A stretch of 64,000 bases of DNA from a virus (lineage: Duplodnaviria; Heunggongvirae; Uroviricota; Caudoviricetes), in the IMG/VR virus record IMGVR_UViG_2596583652_000001, positions 1 through 64,000 of that record. One strand, written 5' to 3'. The notes beneath the pieces were generated by a model, which did no database searches, was not told the DNA's origin, and worked only from the letters and a program-made list of their open reading frames with translations. The position numbers and the translations under genes are program-made. Below are positions 8,657 through 17,989 of the stretch, piece after piece. Position 1 is the stretch's first letter, and each line of letters starts with the position of its first letter.

Positions 8657-8837
8657 CCCTGCCGCGCTCCAAACGTCGATGCGCTATGATTGAGAGATTC
8701 GAGAGCGAAAGCAGCAGCGCCGGTCAAGGGCGGCGCGACCGGGAAGATGGGCTTTCCCGGCTGTGGCGACAGCCTCGCTCTCGAGACTGGAGGTGCGCTG
8801 TGTGGTTCCCACTTAGCATCACCTTAGTGTGGGAAAA

Positions 8838-8880
8838 GACCCGGACGTCCCTGAAAATGACCGTCCGGGTCCAATTCTTC
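8838..8880 (+). terminator. hairpin, candidate intrinsic terminator
   Basis: Perfect 10-bp stem GACCCGGACG-(14 nt)-CGTCCGGGTC followed by the T-rich run caattcttcat. A second hairpin CCCAC...GTGGG sits immediately upstream (8803-8836). Confidence 0.4.
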
Positions 8881-9027
8881 ATCTAAGAAACGAGGGGTCG
8901 GGCGAAAGCTCGGCCTCTCACTCCAGACTGAAATATAGCACTACCGAGCGGGCTTTCAATGCCGCTCGACACCAGCCGCTTTCGTGCATCGCTCATGCGA
9001 CAATGACAAGTCATCAGGAGACTTGCG

Positions 9028-9303
9028 ATGCACTTCTATTCCCCAACACCAGAGCCCCTGGGCCATGCGATCGATACTCACCGCATGGACGGAACAAAGC
9101 AGTGGTTGAAGCACTACAGCAACCTGCTGGTCCTATCGTTCTTTGCTAAGAACGGCACACGCAAAGAGCGTGCCGACGCCGAAGCCGAGATCATTATTTG
9201 CAGACGCAAGCTGACTTACTGGGAGCGGCATCATAATTACGATGCGGCTGCGGCACGCGAGGGAGCGATGGCGCTAAAGAAGACCTGGGAGGCTCCTCGC
9301 TAG
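9028..9303 (+). CDS. hypothetical protein in a lower-GC island
   Basis: AGGAGA ribosome-binding site 8 bp upstream of the ATG. Codon usage is visibly more A/T-rich than the flanks. Confidence 0.45.
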   Translation: MHFYSPTPEPLGHAIDTHRMDGTKQWLKHYSNLLVLSFFAKNGTRKERADAEAEIIICRRKLTYWERHHNYDAAAAREGAMALKKTWEAPR

Positions 9304-9595
9304 CGAAAACCTCGGCGCCATAGAACAGAGCCTCGGCACACGTCTGGGTTAGATCCGCAGACGTGTGCCGGAGGAACAGCGCGGCGTCGAAGCGGTGCCC
9401 CATTTGGGTGATCTCGTTCTGGATCGTGGCGAGCACGCTGCTGCGCAGCCTGGCGACCATGAGATTTATTTCCTCAACCGTCATTCCCCTCATCATCCTC
9501 AGCCTCATCTAGGAGTTTGTTCCTACTATGTTCTCATAGCCGCCGCAAGCCCCGGCGATTCATTCCTGAACGCACCAGAGTCATCCCAAGTCTAG

Positions 9596-9645
9596 ATCAT
9601 GTATTTATCTAGATATCATAAATGCAGATTTAGCTAATTAGCTAA
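9596..9645. promoter_or_regulatory. operator-like palindromes in an AT-rich promoter region
   Basis: TCTAGAT-N9-ATCTAGA followed by the perfect 16-bp palindrome TTAGCTAATTAGCTAA, just upstream of the 9650 ORF. Shares GATTTAGCTA with the repeats at 21750. Confidence 0.45.
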
Positions 9646-9649
9646 TTCC

Positions 9650-10072
9650 TTGCGTGTCATGGAGATAATCGTGCGTCTTACAGATTTTCGGAACGCGAGT
9701 CACCGCATTCTTTCAAAGGCAATCGCTGAGGCGCTCGAGCCCGTTGCGGCCAAATACGGAGTGACTCTTACCCCCAACGGCGGCTTGATTGGCGCCTCGA
9801 GCGGCATGATTAAGATCAAGGTGGAACTCGAGGCGGCTCCTGGTCAACCGGCGCGCTCGGACACCCTCTTTGGCTATCACGCCCCGCTGCTCGGCCTGCA
9901 GGCGTCCGACAAGGGGCGCTCCTTCTCCTACAAGAGCGTCCTCTACACCATCAAGGATCTCAACCCCCGCGCGCCGAAGTTCCCGGTCATCGCCGAGCGC
10001 GTCCGGGACGGCGCTCCCTTCAGATTCCCCATCGACGTCGTCAAGCGCGGGCTGCCGGCGCGCGCGGCCTGA
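9650..10072 (+). CDS. hypothetical protein
   Basis: 140-aa ORF. Confidence 0.5.
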   Translation: MRVMEIIVRLTDFRNASHRILSKAIAEALEPVAAKYGVTLTPNGGLIGASSGMIKIKVELEAAPGQPARSDTLFGYHAPLLGLQASDKGRSFSYKSVLYTIKDLNPRAPKFPVIAERVRDGAPFRFPIDVVKRGLPARAA

Positions 10073-10075
10073 CGC

Positions 10076-10306
10076 ATGAACACGGTTCTGGTTCTCGCGA
10101 CCATCATCACGATCTTCCAGGGCGGCAAGCTGGAACCCCGCGTGACCGTGGTGGAAGCGATGACCCCGGCGCAGTGCGAAAGCTGGAAGTCGATGAGCCG
10201 CGGCAAGACGCCGCTTGTCGACTACAGCACCAACCGGGCGGTCTCGGCGCAGCACTATGTCTGCGCCGCGGTCGACGCGAAGGTGCTGCCGGCCGGCGTG
10301 CGCTGA
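10076..10306 (+). CDS. hypothetical protein
   Basis: 76-aa ORF with an N-terminal hydrophobic segment. Confidence 0.4.
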   Translation: MNTVLVLATIITIFQGGKLEPRVTVVEAMTPAQCESWKSMSRGKTPLVDYSTNRAVSAQHYVCAAVDAKVLPAGVR

Positions 10307-10710
10307 TGGAACTTTCTCAGCTCCATCAGCGCCTCGCTATATCTGAACAAGACGCACTCACGCGCATGCAGGACACGTTCATGACCAACCAGCCGGCAAA
10401 TGCTCTCACCGCCCTTCGCCCGGACGCCAAGAAGCCGGACAGGGTGTTTGATGATGGCGATGTTGCCCTGATCCTCAAGGCCGACGGCTCGATCAACATG
10501 CTCACCAGCAACATTGATCCGTCGCGGCTCGCGGCCGATCCCGCGACGTGGACGGAAGCGGACCACAAGGCGGCGCTCGCCGGCTCGAGGATCTTCGCGC
10601 TCAGCTTCGCCGCCGGCCATCCGGTGCTGATGGACATGCTCATGCAGATCGCCAACGACCCGGAGATCGTGGACTTTGACAAGCTCGCCCAGTCCACCCG
10701 GCCCCACTGA
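10306..10710 (+). CDS. hypothetical protein
   Basis: ATG at 10306 overlapping the upstream TGA, in frame with track ORF 10174..10710 (MELSQLHQRLAISEQDALTRMQ...). Confidence 0.45.
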   Translation: MELSQLHQRLAISEQDALTRMQDTFMTNQPANALTALRPDAKKPDRVFDDGDVALILKADGSINMLTSNIDPSRLAADPATWTEADHKAALAGSRIFALSFAAGHPVLMDMLMQIANDPEIVDFDKLAQSTRPH

Positions 10711-11065
10711 CCTCGAGACGGCGGCGCAGGTGATCCGCGCCGCGCTCGACGCCAATCCTCGCCTGGCATCATCCCTGGTGCCGGGCTGGGTTCTGGTCCG
10801 CCCAACCCGGCCCAAGCGCGTGGCCTCGGCCGGCAATCTGAGCGTGGCGCGCGCCGCGCGCACAGCGGCGATCCGGCGCCATGCCACGGAGACGATGAGC
10901 ATCATCCGCGGCATTCGCAGTGACCACCCCGGCATCAGCGTCGCCGGGCTCTACTACGAGCTGAACAAGGCTCGCCACCTGACCTTCAACAAGCAAGCCT
11001 GGACGGTCAGCCGCGTCCAGCGGTTCCTGGAGACCTATGATGACGATCAATCGCCAGCGCCTTGA
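10676..11065 (+). CDS. hypothetical protein (start uncertain; TTG at 10676 or GTG at 10730)
   Basis: 129-aa track ORF with no ATG near its 5' end. Confidence 0.35.
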   Translation: MTSSPSPPGPTDLETAAQVIRAALDANPRLASSLVPGWVLVRPTRPKRVASAGNLSVARAARTAAIRRHATETMSIIRGIRSDHPGISVAGLYYELNKARHLTFNKQAWTVSRVQRFLETYDDDQSPAP

Positions 11066-11306
11066 GTTCGCCGTCGCCGGGCTGATGGCCGAGATGCGGC
11101 GGCAGTTCATGACGATCCAGCCGGAGAGGGAGTGTCCGATCAAGCCGCTCGCTGCCTACAGCCCGCAGCACCGCTCGGCGCTCATGGCCGGCGTCGCCAA
11201 GGCCATTGAGCTGGCCGGCGCCGAGCACGACAAGACCTTCGAGGCGTGGGTCGCCCGAAGCCGGGAAGAAGCCGCCGCTGCCCAGCAGCAACCCAATTTC
11301 GGCTGA
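11037..11306 (+). CDS. hypothetical protein
   Basis: 89-aa ORF. Confidence 0.45.
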   Translation: MMTINRQRLEFAVAGLMAEMRRQFMTIQPERECPIKPLAAYSPQHRSALMAGVAKAIELAGAEHDKTFEAWVARSREEAAAAQQQPNFG

Positions 11307-11310
11307 GCTA

Positions 11311-11335
11311 CATTATCAGTATGTGCATACTTCGG
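11311..11335. promoter_or_regulatory. palindromic motif copy (CAGTATGTGCATACTTCGG)
   Basis: Fills the 31-bp gap between the stop at 11306 and the ATG at 11338. Confidence 0.45.
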
Positions 11336-11337
11336 AG

Positions 11338-11688
11338 ATGAAGATGCTTGAAGCCCTACTTGGAAAAGCCGTCGCCGAGCGGCGCCTGACGTTCGCCGTC
11401 GTCAACAACGAGGCGACGCTGTTTGTGCGCCTGTGCGGCGTCACGGTGCCGCTCGTGCGAGTGACGCGGGCCGAGCTCGACACGGGCGAGCTGACCATCG
11501 TGCCCTACGCGCCGCCGCGCGGACGCGGCACCATCCGGCATGCCGCGCCGCCCGCGCCGGCGCCGGCAGCCTGGCCGCTGCGCGCCGTGGTCAAGCGCCT
11601 TGTCGAGAAGGGCGACAACGTGCTCGCCTTCTGCCAGCGCCAGCCCGTCAATCCCTACGCGCCGAACGGCGGAGGAGACGCGGCATGA
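11338..11688 (+). CDS. hypothetical protein
   Basis: ATG at 11338 (MKMLEALLGKAV...) in frame with track ORF 11206..11688. The upstream extension would read through the motif. Confidence 0.45.
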   Translation: MKMLEALLGKAVAERRLTFAVVNNEATLFVRLCGVTVPLVRVTRAELDTGELTIVPYAPPRGRGTIRHAAPPAPAPAAWPLRAVVKRLVEKGDNVLAFCQRQPVNPYAPNGGGDAA

Positions 11689-12206
11689 CAGCATTTCGCG
11701 GCTCGGTGCTGACGGTCGAGACTCTGCGTGAGATAGAGCGCTCAATGGCCGCCTCTTTGGAAAGGGCTTACTACGTCGAACCCATGCGCCTCTGGGGCAA
11801 GAGCGTGGCGCCCTTAACCCAGTCGATCGCCGGAATCGACACTGCCTTCCGCTCGGCTGATAGCGCCCTTCGCGGCATGAGTGCCCAGCTGGTGCTCGAA
11901 GATGAGCTGGCAGGCTATCGACCCAGACGCTCGATCTCCCCTGCAGCCTCCTTTTCCGATCCGCATCTGGCCGGCACCAAGGTCGAGCTCTTCCTCGAGG
12001 AGATGGGCAAGCGCGATCCGCGCCATCCTAACCCAAAGGCGGGCCCGATCCAGATCGTCACCCTGATGGTGAACGGCGAGCGCCGCCCTGCCGGCCAAAT
12101 GTCCATGAAACGAGCCGTCAACCTGGCAAAGGCTACTCACCTGCGACTGGTGAAGGACGCCAAGGCCCGGCTCGCGGCCAACAATCCGAACTATGGGAGG
12201 TTCTGA
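11685..12206 (+). CDS. hypothetical protein
   Basis: ATG at 11685 with a GGAGGAGACG ribosome-binding site and ATGA overlap (MTAFRGSVLTVETLREIER...). Confidence 0.45.
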   Translation: MTAFRGSVLTVETLREIERSMAASLERAYYVEPMRLWGKSVAPLTQSIAGIDTAFRSADSALRGMSAQLVLEDELAGYRPRRSISPAASFSDPHLAGTKVELFLEEMGKRDPRHPNPKAGPIQIVTLMVNGERRPAGQMSMKRAVNLAKATHLRLVKDAKARLAANNPNYGRF

Positions 12207-12544
12207 TGAGCAACGACCCCGCGATCGTGGCCAAGATCCGCGAGCTGAACGACCAGCTCCGCACGACGGCAACCGGCGGCAAGATCGTAATCGTTGGCGC
12301 CCTGAGCGGTCAGCCGCTCTCGGAACACGCCGCGGCGTTGTCGCATGTCCGGCGCTTCGACAAGTTCGACGAGGGCAATGATCCCTATGGCGAACACGAC
12401 TTCGGCGCGTTCGAGATCGACGGGCAACGCTATCACTGGAAGATCGACTATTTCGCCCTCGACGAGATGTCGGGCTCGGAACACCCCGAGGATCCCAATG
12501 TCACCGTGCGGGTGCTCTCGATCTATTACGCCGAGGACCAGTGA
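12206..12544 (+). CDS. DUF3768-like protein
   Basis: 112 aa; ...SGSEHPEDPNVTVRVLSIYYAEDQ resembles the conserved C-terminus of DUF3768 plasmid/phage proteins. Recalled, not searched. Confidence 0.45.
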   Translation: MSNDPAIVAKIRELNDQLRTTATGGKIVIVGALSGQPLSEHAAALSHVRRFDKFDEGNDPYGEHDFGAFEIDGQRYHWKIDYFALDEMSGSEHPEDPNVTVRVLSIYYAEDQ

Positions 12545-12573
12545 GGGCCGTCCGGCACAGCCCTGCGCCCCAT

Positions 12574-12595
12574 CATCCGTATGTGCATACTGAAC
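12574..12595. promoter_or_regulatory. palindromic motif copy (CCGTATGTGCATACTGAAC)
   Basis: 8 bp upstream of the ATG at 12604. Confidence 0.45.
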
Positions 12596-12603
12596 TGGCT
12601 CCC

Positions 12604-12837
12604 ATGAACGACACACGGCGAAGACGCGAGATCCTGGACCTGGCCCGGAGCTTCTGCCCGACCGCCGTCGGCGAGATGACGCGCCGCGGGCATTTCCGGA
12701 TCACCTTCCGCGGACCTGCGGGCAAGCGGGTGCTTATCGCCTCAATGACCCCGTCCGACCACCGAGGCGACCTCAATATGAGGACATCCATGCGCCGGGC
12801 CGCCCAAGCGTGTGGTCTAGCCGAGCAGGAGGGATAG
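12604..12837 (+). CDS. hypothetical basic protein
   Basis: ATG at 12604 (MNDTRRRREILDLARSF...) in frame with track ORF 12541..12837. Confidence 0.4.
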   Translation: MNDTRRRREILDLARSFCPTAVGEMTRRGHFRITFRGPAGKRVLIASMTPSDHRGDLNMRTSMRRAAQACGLAEQEG

Positions 12838-13374
12838 ATGAGCACGTCAGAGGATGAGGTTCTCGAGACCCAGACCGATGGGGTCTATACCCTGTCGCTG
12901 ATCTCGAGATCCTCGACCGAATTTGCCGGGGTCGCCACCTATATCGTCCGGATCGAAAAGGACGGCGGCGAGGGTGAGCGCAGCTTCCCGGACCACGAAA
13001 CGGCATGCCGCGCCTATCACGAGACACGGATCCTATGCGGCCTCCCCTACCGCGCGCCGGTCTTCGCCTCACCCCCGGCGCCGCAGGTCGAGCCCACTTT
13101 GCTCAACTGCGCCACGGCGGAAGAGGTGATCGCCCACTTCACGCGCAAGCTCCGGCGCTACCGCCCCGGCAGCGAGGAGGTGTTTGCGATCCGGGAGGAA
13201 ATGATCGCGTGCGAGGCGCTGCGCGCCAATACCGGCGAGATCGCCGCGCTTTGCGTTGGCAGCGACTGGGCCGCTGCCACGATCCGCGTCGTGTGCAAGC
13301 GCCTTGGCCTCACCCAGCAGCAGGCGGCCGTCGACAAGCTCTCCTCGGTGCCGGGCTTTGGCGCCTTCGGCTGA
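12838..13374 (+). CDS. hypothetical protein
   Basis: 178-aa ORF starting 1 bp after the upstream stop. Confidence 0.5.
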   Translation: MSTSEDEVLETQTDGVYTLSLISRSSTEFAGVATYIVRIEKDGGEGERSFPDHETACRAYHETRILCGLPYRAPVFASPPAPQVEPTLLNCATAEEVIAHFTRKLRRYRPGSEEVFAIREEMIACEALRANTGEIAALCVGSDWAAATIRVVCKRLGLTQQQAAVDKLSSVPGFGAFG

Positions 13375-13428
13375 GCGCCGCCCATCAACCCATAAATGCG
13401 TAACTAGCTATCCAAGGATTTACAGATC

Positions 13429-13650
13429 GTGGTCGACCTCATTCGTGACTACCTGCCGTGGCTACTCTCGCTGATCACCTTGTGGTCGATCGTTCTCGCC
13501 GGCCACGGCCAGCCCGGCGCCTGGCTCCTCGGCGCCGCCAACCAGGTGCTGTGGATGATCTGGATCGTCGCCAGTGCCAGCTGGGGTCTGATGCCGCTCA
13601 CCGTGGCGCTGGGCGCCGTCTACCTGCGCAACCACTTCAAGCAAGGGTGA
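13429..13650 (+). CDS. small membrane protein with two transmembrane helices (GTG start)
   Basis: LPWLLSLITLWSIVLAG...LWMIWIVASASWGLMPLTVALGAV. Confidence 0.4.
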   Translation: MVDLIRDYLPWLLSLITLWSIVLAGHGQPGAWLLGAANQVLWMIWIVASASWGLMPLTVALGAVYLRNHFKQG

Positions 13651-13653
13651 GCC

Positions 13654-13962
13654 ATGCGCGCGGGAACGCCTGATCTCCCTGACGGCTGGGAGCGCCGGCG
13701 CGGCATCACCGGCGGCGGTTGGGAGATCTATGCCTGCCTCGCACCGCACGGGCACATCGCCTACCAGCACGCGATCTGGTGGCGCAACGCCACGAGCGAG
13801 GGCTGGCACAAGGGCCGCACTTACCAGACCCTACGCGACGCCTTCGATGCGATCGAGGACGTAAAGAGCCAGGTGCATCACCTGGGCTTTGCTGACCTCG
13901 ACCACGATGCACTGCGTCTGGAGGACGCGCCGCTCGACGTGGCCGGCTTCGGTCGGTTCTAG
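13654..13962 (+). CDS. hypothetical protein
   Basis: 102-aa ORF. Confidence 0.45.
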   Translation: MRAGTPDLPDGWERRRGITGGGWEIYACLAPHGHIAYQHAIWWRNATSEGWHKGRTYQTLRDAFDAIEDVKSQVHHLGFADLDHDALRLEDAPLDVAGFGRF

Positions 13963-14305
13963 GGCTTCCCAATACCGGCGGCGGCATCAGCAGCAGCGGC
14001 CGCGCTGGTCGCCGGCCAGCAGCTGGCGAAGACCAGCTTGTCTCCGTTCTGCACACCAGGCGTGGCGCGCATGTGCTGACCCACGGCATCGCAAAGCGCG
14101 CGCGTCTCAAACGGGCCCGTCGACATGGACGTCTGCACCTCGTTGCGCGCCCCAATGACGATGAAAACCAGAAACCAGCCCATGACGCTCTCCCTAGGGT
14201 AACAGGCCGCGAATCCCACATCGCGGCGCCGATTACAACCTGCCGCTTTCCATTCTTCGACATGCGACACTTTCAAGTATAGCGAAGCAACGGAGAGACT
14301 TTCGC

Positions 14306-14446
14306 ATGAACAATATTTCCGTTTATATCACCGAGGGCTTTAAGCTCTGCGTTGTGCTTGCCCTTGGCTTCGGGCTCTACATCGCCACGCCCGCGGACGA
14401 CGAAGTCGCCAATGCCGGCGCCAAGCAGGTGATCGTTAAGCGCTGA
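14306..14446 (+). CDS. 46-aa hydrophobic peptide
   Basis: MNNISVYITEGFKLCVVLALGFGLYIATPADDEVANAGAKQVIVKR. Below the track cutoff, with GGAGAG upstream. Confidence 0.2.
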   Translation: MNNISVYITEGFKLCVVLALGFGLYIATPADDEVANAGAKQVIVKR

Positions 14447-14604
14447 CCTCGAACCGGACCAGGAGCCACGCCGCTATAAATGACCCAAGGCATCCGCCGG
14501 CCGGGTTCTATGTGAGCGCATCCTTATGTCCAGCGAAGACCCCTGCCGCGTTCCATCTGTGCAGATGCTAGAAGTAATATAGTAGTCACAGAGAGTTAAC
14601 GGCA

Positions 14605-14919
14605 ATGAACTCAGCGCACTACGTCTCCTTCGAGCGCCGTTTCAACGGCGCAGGACTCGTCCGCCAGCTGCTGCTGGATGCCGAAGCCGTTGGCTTCCGG
14701 TTCAAGGTCCGGCATGGCGATCGGGTCGACTATGTCGGCGCGCGCCGCGCCGAAGCCTTCGAGTCCATCACCGCCCAGATGCAGCCCGAGCTGGAGCTGA
14801 TCGACGGCGATGGCTTCCCGGTCGGCGCCGTCGCGCTCGATGGAACGCGCGAGGGAATGGACGCCGTGCGCCGCTGGTGCGGCGGCTGGATCACCGCCTG
14901 GCTGCGCCGGCGCCGGTGA
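14605..14919 (+). CDS. hypothetical protein
   Basis: 104-aa ORF with a GAGAG ribosome-binding site. Confidence 0.45.
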   Translation: MNSAHYVSFERRFNGAGLVRQLLLDAEAVGFRFKVRHGDRVDYVGARRAEAFESITAQMQPELELIDGDGFPVGAVALDGTREGMDAVRRWCGGWITAWLRRRR

Positions 14920-15037
14920 TGGGTCATCGCCACCACACCCACTGCGCCTGGGACCACAACACGAGCGGGCTTGGCCTGCTCGCCGTGCTGATCCTCGGCG
15001 TCATTCTGCTCTGTTTCCTCAACCTGTGAGGCCCGCT

Positions 15038-15391
15038 ATGGACATCCAAGCCCTGAAGATCCTCGTCGAAGTCGCCGAGACCATGATGCCGGATGAGGAT
15101 CCCGGCGAGGGCCTGCCGACCGTGGAGCAGATCCAGAACGCCGTGGCGCGCGCCAAGGAGCAGATCGCGGAAGCGGCCGGGCCGGCCCAGTTCACCACGG
15201 CGGATCTCGGCTTCGCCATTCGTGACAGCATCGAAAATGCCCTCATCACCCAGATCACGTTCGACTCCAACGACGTTCCGCATGAGGGCGTGCAGGGCGA
15301 CATCAGCTTCGTGGATGTCGGCGATCCGAACAATCCCGAGGTGGAGCTGTCCAGTGGTCAGCGCTTCCGGATCTCGATCGTCGCCATCTGA
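15038..15391 (+). CDS. hypothetical acidic protein
   Basis: ATG at 15038 (MDIQALKILVEVAETMMPDED...) in frame with track ORF 14810..15391. The upstream part is Arg/Pro-rich. Confidence 0.45.
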   Translation: MDIQALKILVEVAETMMPDEDPGEGLPTVEQIQNAVARAKEQIAEAAGPAQFTTADLGFAIRDSIENALITQITFDSNDVPHEGVQGDISFVDVGDPNNPEVELSSGQRFRISIVAI

Positions 15392-15453
15392 TCCCTCCCG
15401 ATCTCCAGCGCTGACGATGCGACACTCGATCATCAGCAATGAGGAGCCGAGAC

Positions 15454-15711
15454 ATGACGGATTCGCCTCTCAAAGGCGCTCTCAACGGCAACTGCAATCT
15501 CTCGGCGTGCCAGAGACCCGGCGCCGCCTACTTTAACACCTCGACACGCGCCTACTATTGCCGGAGCTGCGCCGAGAGCATCAACGGCTGGGCGAAGCGC
15601 GACGCGGGTTTCTTCATCTGCTTCCTGACCCAAGGAGCCGAGGCGGATCAGCGTCTCAAATATGGGCCCGAAGCCGAGCGCCAGCTTCTCGCGACGGAGA
15701 GCCAGCCATGA
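15454..15711 (+). CDS. Cys-rich small protein (possible zinc ribbon)
   Basis: ATG at 15454 with GAGGAG upstream. Contains CNLSAC...CRSC. Confidence 0.4.
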   Translation: MTDSPLKGALNGNCNLSACQRPGAAYFNTSTRAYYCRSCAESINGWAKRDAGFFICFLTQGAEADQRLKYGPEAERQLLATESQP

Positions 15712-15989
15712 ACGTCGCCAAGGAAATCATCAAGCGCGCCTTCGACCAGGGGCTCATTGTCCTCGTGGATGACGGCGACGGCTCCAAGATCGCCTACGGC
15801 TCGCTCGGGGAAGCCTGGGCCGCCATCGAGGCGGTCGAGGAGGCCGACGTGTTCGTCAGGATGCCCGGCGCCGAGAACGCCGAGGAGTGGATGAAGGTCA
15901 TCCCGCACGGCGTCGCCGAGGATGAGACGGTCTGCAACTGCACCGCGGATGGGTGGATCGATGCCCTTCATCACGATCTGATCTTCTAA
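15708..15989 (+). CDS. hypothetical protein
   Basis: ATG at 15708 overlapping the upstream stop (ATGA) (MNVAKEIIKRAFDQGLIVLVDDGDGSK...). Confidence 0.4.
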   Translation: MNVAKEIIKRAFDQGLIVLVDDGDGSKIAYGSLGEAWAAIEAVEEADVFVRMPGAENAEEWMKVIPHGVAEDETVCNCTADGWIDALHHDLIF

Positions 15990-16194
15990 GGCGAGCAATG
16001 ACCGATAATGGAAGGTTATCGGACATTGCTGCCGCCTGACATGTCGTGCGGTTTCAGGGCCCATAGAGCCCCCTAAGCGCACGGCGCCTGGGCGATTAGG
16101 TCATGGGCGGATCGTGCTCTGCCTATACGCACCAGTCTCATTCCATTGTTCTTGCTGTCATATTCTCAATATCAGCAACAGAGAGACGACGCCG

Positions 16195-16500
16195 ATGCTC
16201 TTCAAGGACGAGAATTTCTGGGACATCGATGTCCATGCGTCGTCGGAATGCTGCGAGCTTTTCCTGCGCGAACTCGGGCTGCACCTCGAAACGAGCTGCT
16301 GCGGAAACGACGAGGGACTGTTCTACCTCACCGAGGTCGCGATCGTTCCCATCTCGTCGGGCATCATTCGCCTGTCCGAGGGCGGTGTCGATCCGCATCG
16401 CACGCCGATCAGCTATCACCGGCACACCTCGCTGCCGGAGGTCCACGCCTTCTACCTCACCCAGATGCAACTGATGAAGGCTCCGGAGGTGGACATATGA
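16195..16500 (+). CDS. hypothetical protein
   Basis: ATG at 16195 with GAGAGACGAC upstream (MLFKDENFWDIDVHASSECCELF...). Confidence 0.4.
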   Translation: MLFKDENFWDIDVHASSECCELFLRELGLHLETSCCGNDEGLFYLTEVAIVPISSGIIRLSEGGVDPHRTPISYHRHTSLPEVHAFYLTQMQLMKAPEVDI

Positions 16501-16700
16501 GGACGACCCTCATCACCAGTATCGAGCTGCTCGCGCCTGGTCAGGGCGCGACGGACAGCTTCAAGTTCCGCGGGGTCGCCTCAACCGCCGAGGGCGAGGT
16601 GATCCAGATCGTCGAAGCCGACACCTTGGATGTCGTCGTTGAGACGCTCACCGAGGCTCTCAAGAGCCAGTTCGAGAACGCCATCGAGGAGAGTGCGTGA
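16497..16700 (+). CDS. hypothetical protein
   Basis: ATG at 16497 with ATGA overlap, in frame with track ORF 16146..16700. Confidence 0.35.
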   Translation: MRTTLITSIELLAPGQGATDSFKFRGVASTAEGEVIQIVEADTLDVVVETLTEALKSQFENAIEESA

Positions 16701-16974
16701 TCGCACCCCGAGCGGGCAGCGGGCGGATCCCGCTGCCCCTTCCGTTCAGTTTCGGAGGGTTCGTTCCCCTCCCGTGCGCAGCCGCCGGTCGTGCGACCCA
16801 ACAACAGCGGCAGCCCGAGGCTGTGTGTCTCCGCAGCTGATCGAGCCGAGTGGCGCCGTATAGCGCCGGGCACCTGGAGACGACATCGCCTCCAGGTGCC
16901 CTCTTCCCATTTTCAACCCGTGCTGGCCTGTGGCATGAAACTGAGAGTTGTCAGTTTCGAGCAGGACAGTGCCG

Positions 16975-17418
16975 ATGAATATCCGCCTCGCCGTCGCCCT
17001 CTGCAGCGTCCTGCTGGTCTCCCCTACCCTCGCCCAGAACGCCACGCGGCCCAAGGGCGACCTGTTCGGGAACATCACGTCCAAGCAGGAGGCACTCTCC
17101 ACGGCGCGGCCGGCGTCACCGCAGATCCGCATGGCGATCGTCGAGGCGGCCAGGAACTTCCTGTTCGACCCCTACTCCATCCGCGACGTGCAGATCTCGC
17201 CGCAGGTCGATCTCAGGGTCGACGGGAGCTACTCCATCGTGTGCGTGCGCTACAACGCCAAGAACCGCATGGGCGCCTATGCCGGCCGCACCACGACCGG
17301 AATCTTCATCGGCGATCGCGGTCAGATTCTGAACTCCACGGACAGGGCGCCCGGGTGCTTCTGGCCGGAGATGCCCTATGGTCCCTTCCCGGAGTCGGAC
17401 ATCCTGAAGAAGCTGTAA
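16975..17418 (+). CDS. secreted/periplasmic protein with a cleavable signal peptide
   Basis: MNIRLAVALCSVLLVSPTLAQ-NAT... The hairpin TGAAACTGA-gagttg-TCAGTTTCGA (16936-16960) sits just upstream. Confidence 0.5.
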   Translation: MNIRLAVALCSVLLVSPTLAQNATRPKGDLFGNITSKQEALSTARPASPQIRMAIVEAARNFLFDPYSIRDVQISPQVDLRVDGSYSIVCVRYNAKNRMGAYAGRTTTGIFIGDRGQILNSTDRAPGCFWPEMPYGPFPESDILKKL

Positions 17419-17429
17419 GGAGAACGCCA

Positions 17430-17696
17430 GTGACGGCCACCCGAGCCAAATGCGCGACGATCGCTTGGAAGCAAGGCGAAGGCGCCACTATCGAGCTCCA
17501 GCTCGCCGACGGCAGCACGACCTCCTTTCTGATCGACCACCCCGACGCGGATTTCGGGATGAGGATCCAGCCAGGCCACCCAAAGCCCACGGAGCAAATG
17601 GCCGCGATCATCAGCCACGGGCTATCGAGGGATGAAATGCGGGGCGTGCTGGACGCGGTCGCTCCGCTGAATGGTCCGATGGCTGTCGTCGAATGA
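17430..17696 (+). CDS. hypothetical protein (GTG start)
   Basis: AAGGAG ribosome-binding site 7 bp upstream of the GTG at 17430. Confidence 0.4.
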   Translation: MTATRAKCATIAWKQGEGATIELQLADGSTTSFLIDHPDADFGMRIQPGHPKPTEQMAAIISHGLSRDEMRGVLDAVAPLNGPMAVVE

Positions 17697-17989
17697 ACCC
17701 GCACGACATCCAGCCAACCGGCGCCTGGACCAAGCCCTTTCCCGAGAGCGTCTGCATCCTGCTCAGCTATAAGGATTACGAGGCGAGGGTCATCGATCAC
17801 GGCACACTGGGTTTTCTCGCTATGGTCTCGCACGGCCTCGAGTGCCTCTATGAGGCGCGGTTCACCGTCGAGCAGGGCCAGCTACGCGCTCAGAAATGGG
17901 CCGAGAGCGCTCTCCGCGCCCACTTGAAGAAGGACTCGCCGCCGGCTCCGGCCGCTCTCACCGCCCTCCCCAACTTCGGCAGGTTCTGA
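17693..17989 (+). CDS. hypothetical protein
   Basis: 98-aa ORF with ATGA overlap. Confidence 0.45.
   Translation: MNPHDIQPTGAWTKPFPESVCILLSYKDYEARVIDHGTLGFLAMVSHGLECLYEARFTVEQGQLRAQKWAESALRAHLKKDSPPAPAALTALPNFGRF

Noticed and set aside
9194-9508. 104-aa minus-strand ORF overlapping the 3' end of the + strand ORF 9028..9303 by 110 bp
   Set aside because: It would have to read through the 12-bp perfect palindrome at 9334-9368, which looks like a terminator or regulatory hairpin. The + strand ORF has a strong AGGAGA ribosome-binding site and the minus-strand ORF does not. Kept only as a possibility.
16936-16960. Hairpin TGAAACTGA-gagttg-TCAGTTTCGA upstream of the secreted-protein gene
   Set aside because: A real inverted repeat, but it has no T-tract and sits inside a noncoding gap of several hundred bp. 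It could be a regulatory site or a weak terminator. Too little evidence for a specific call.
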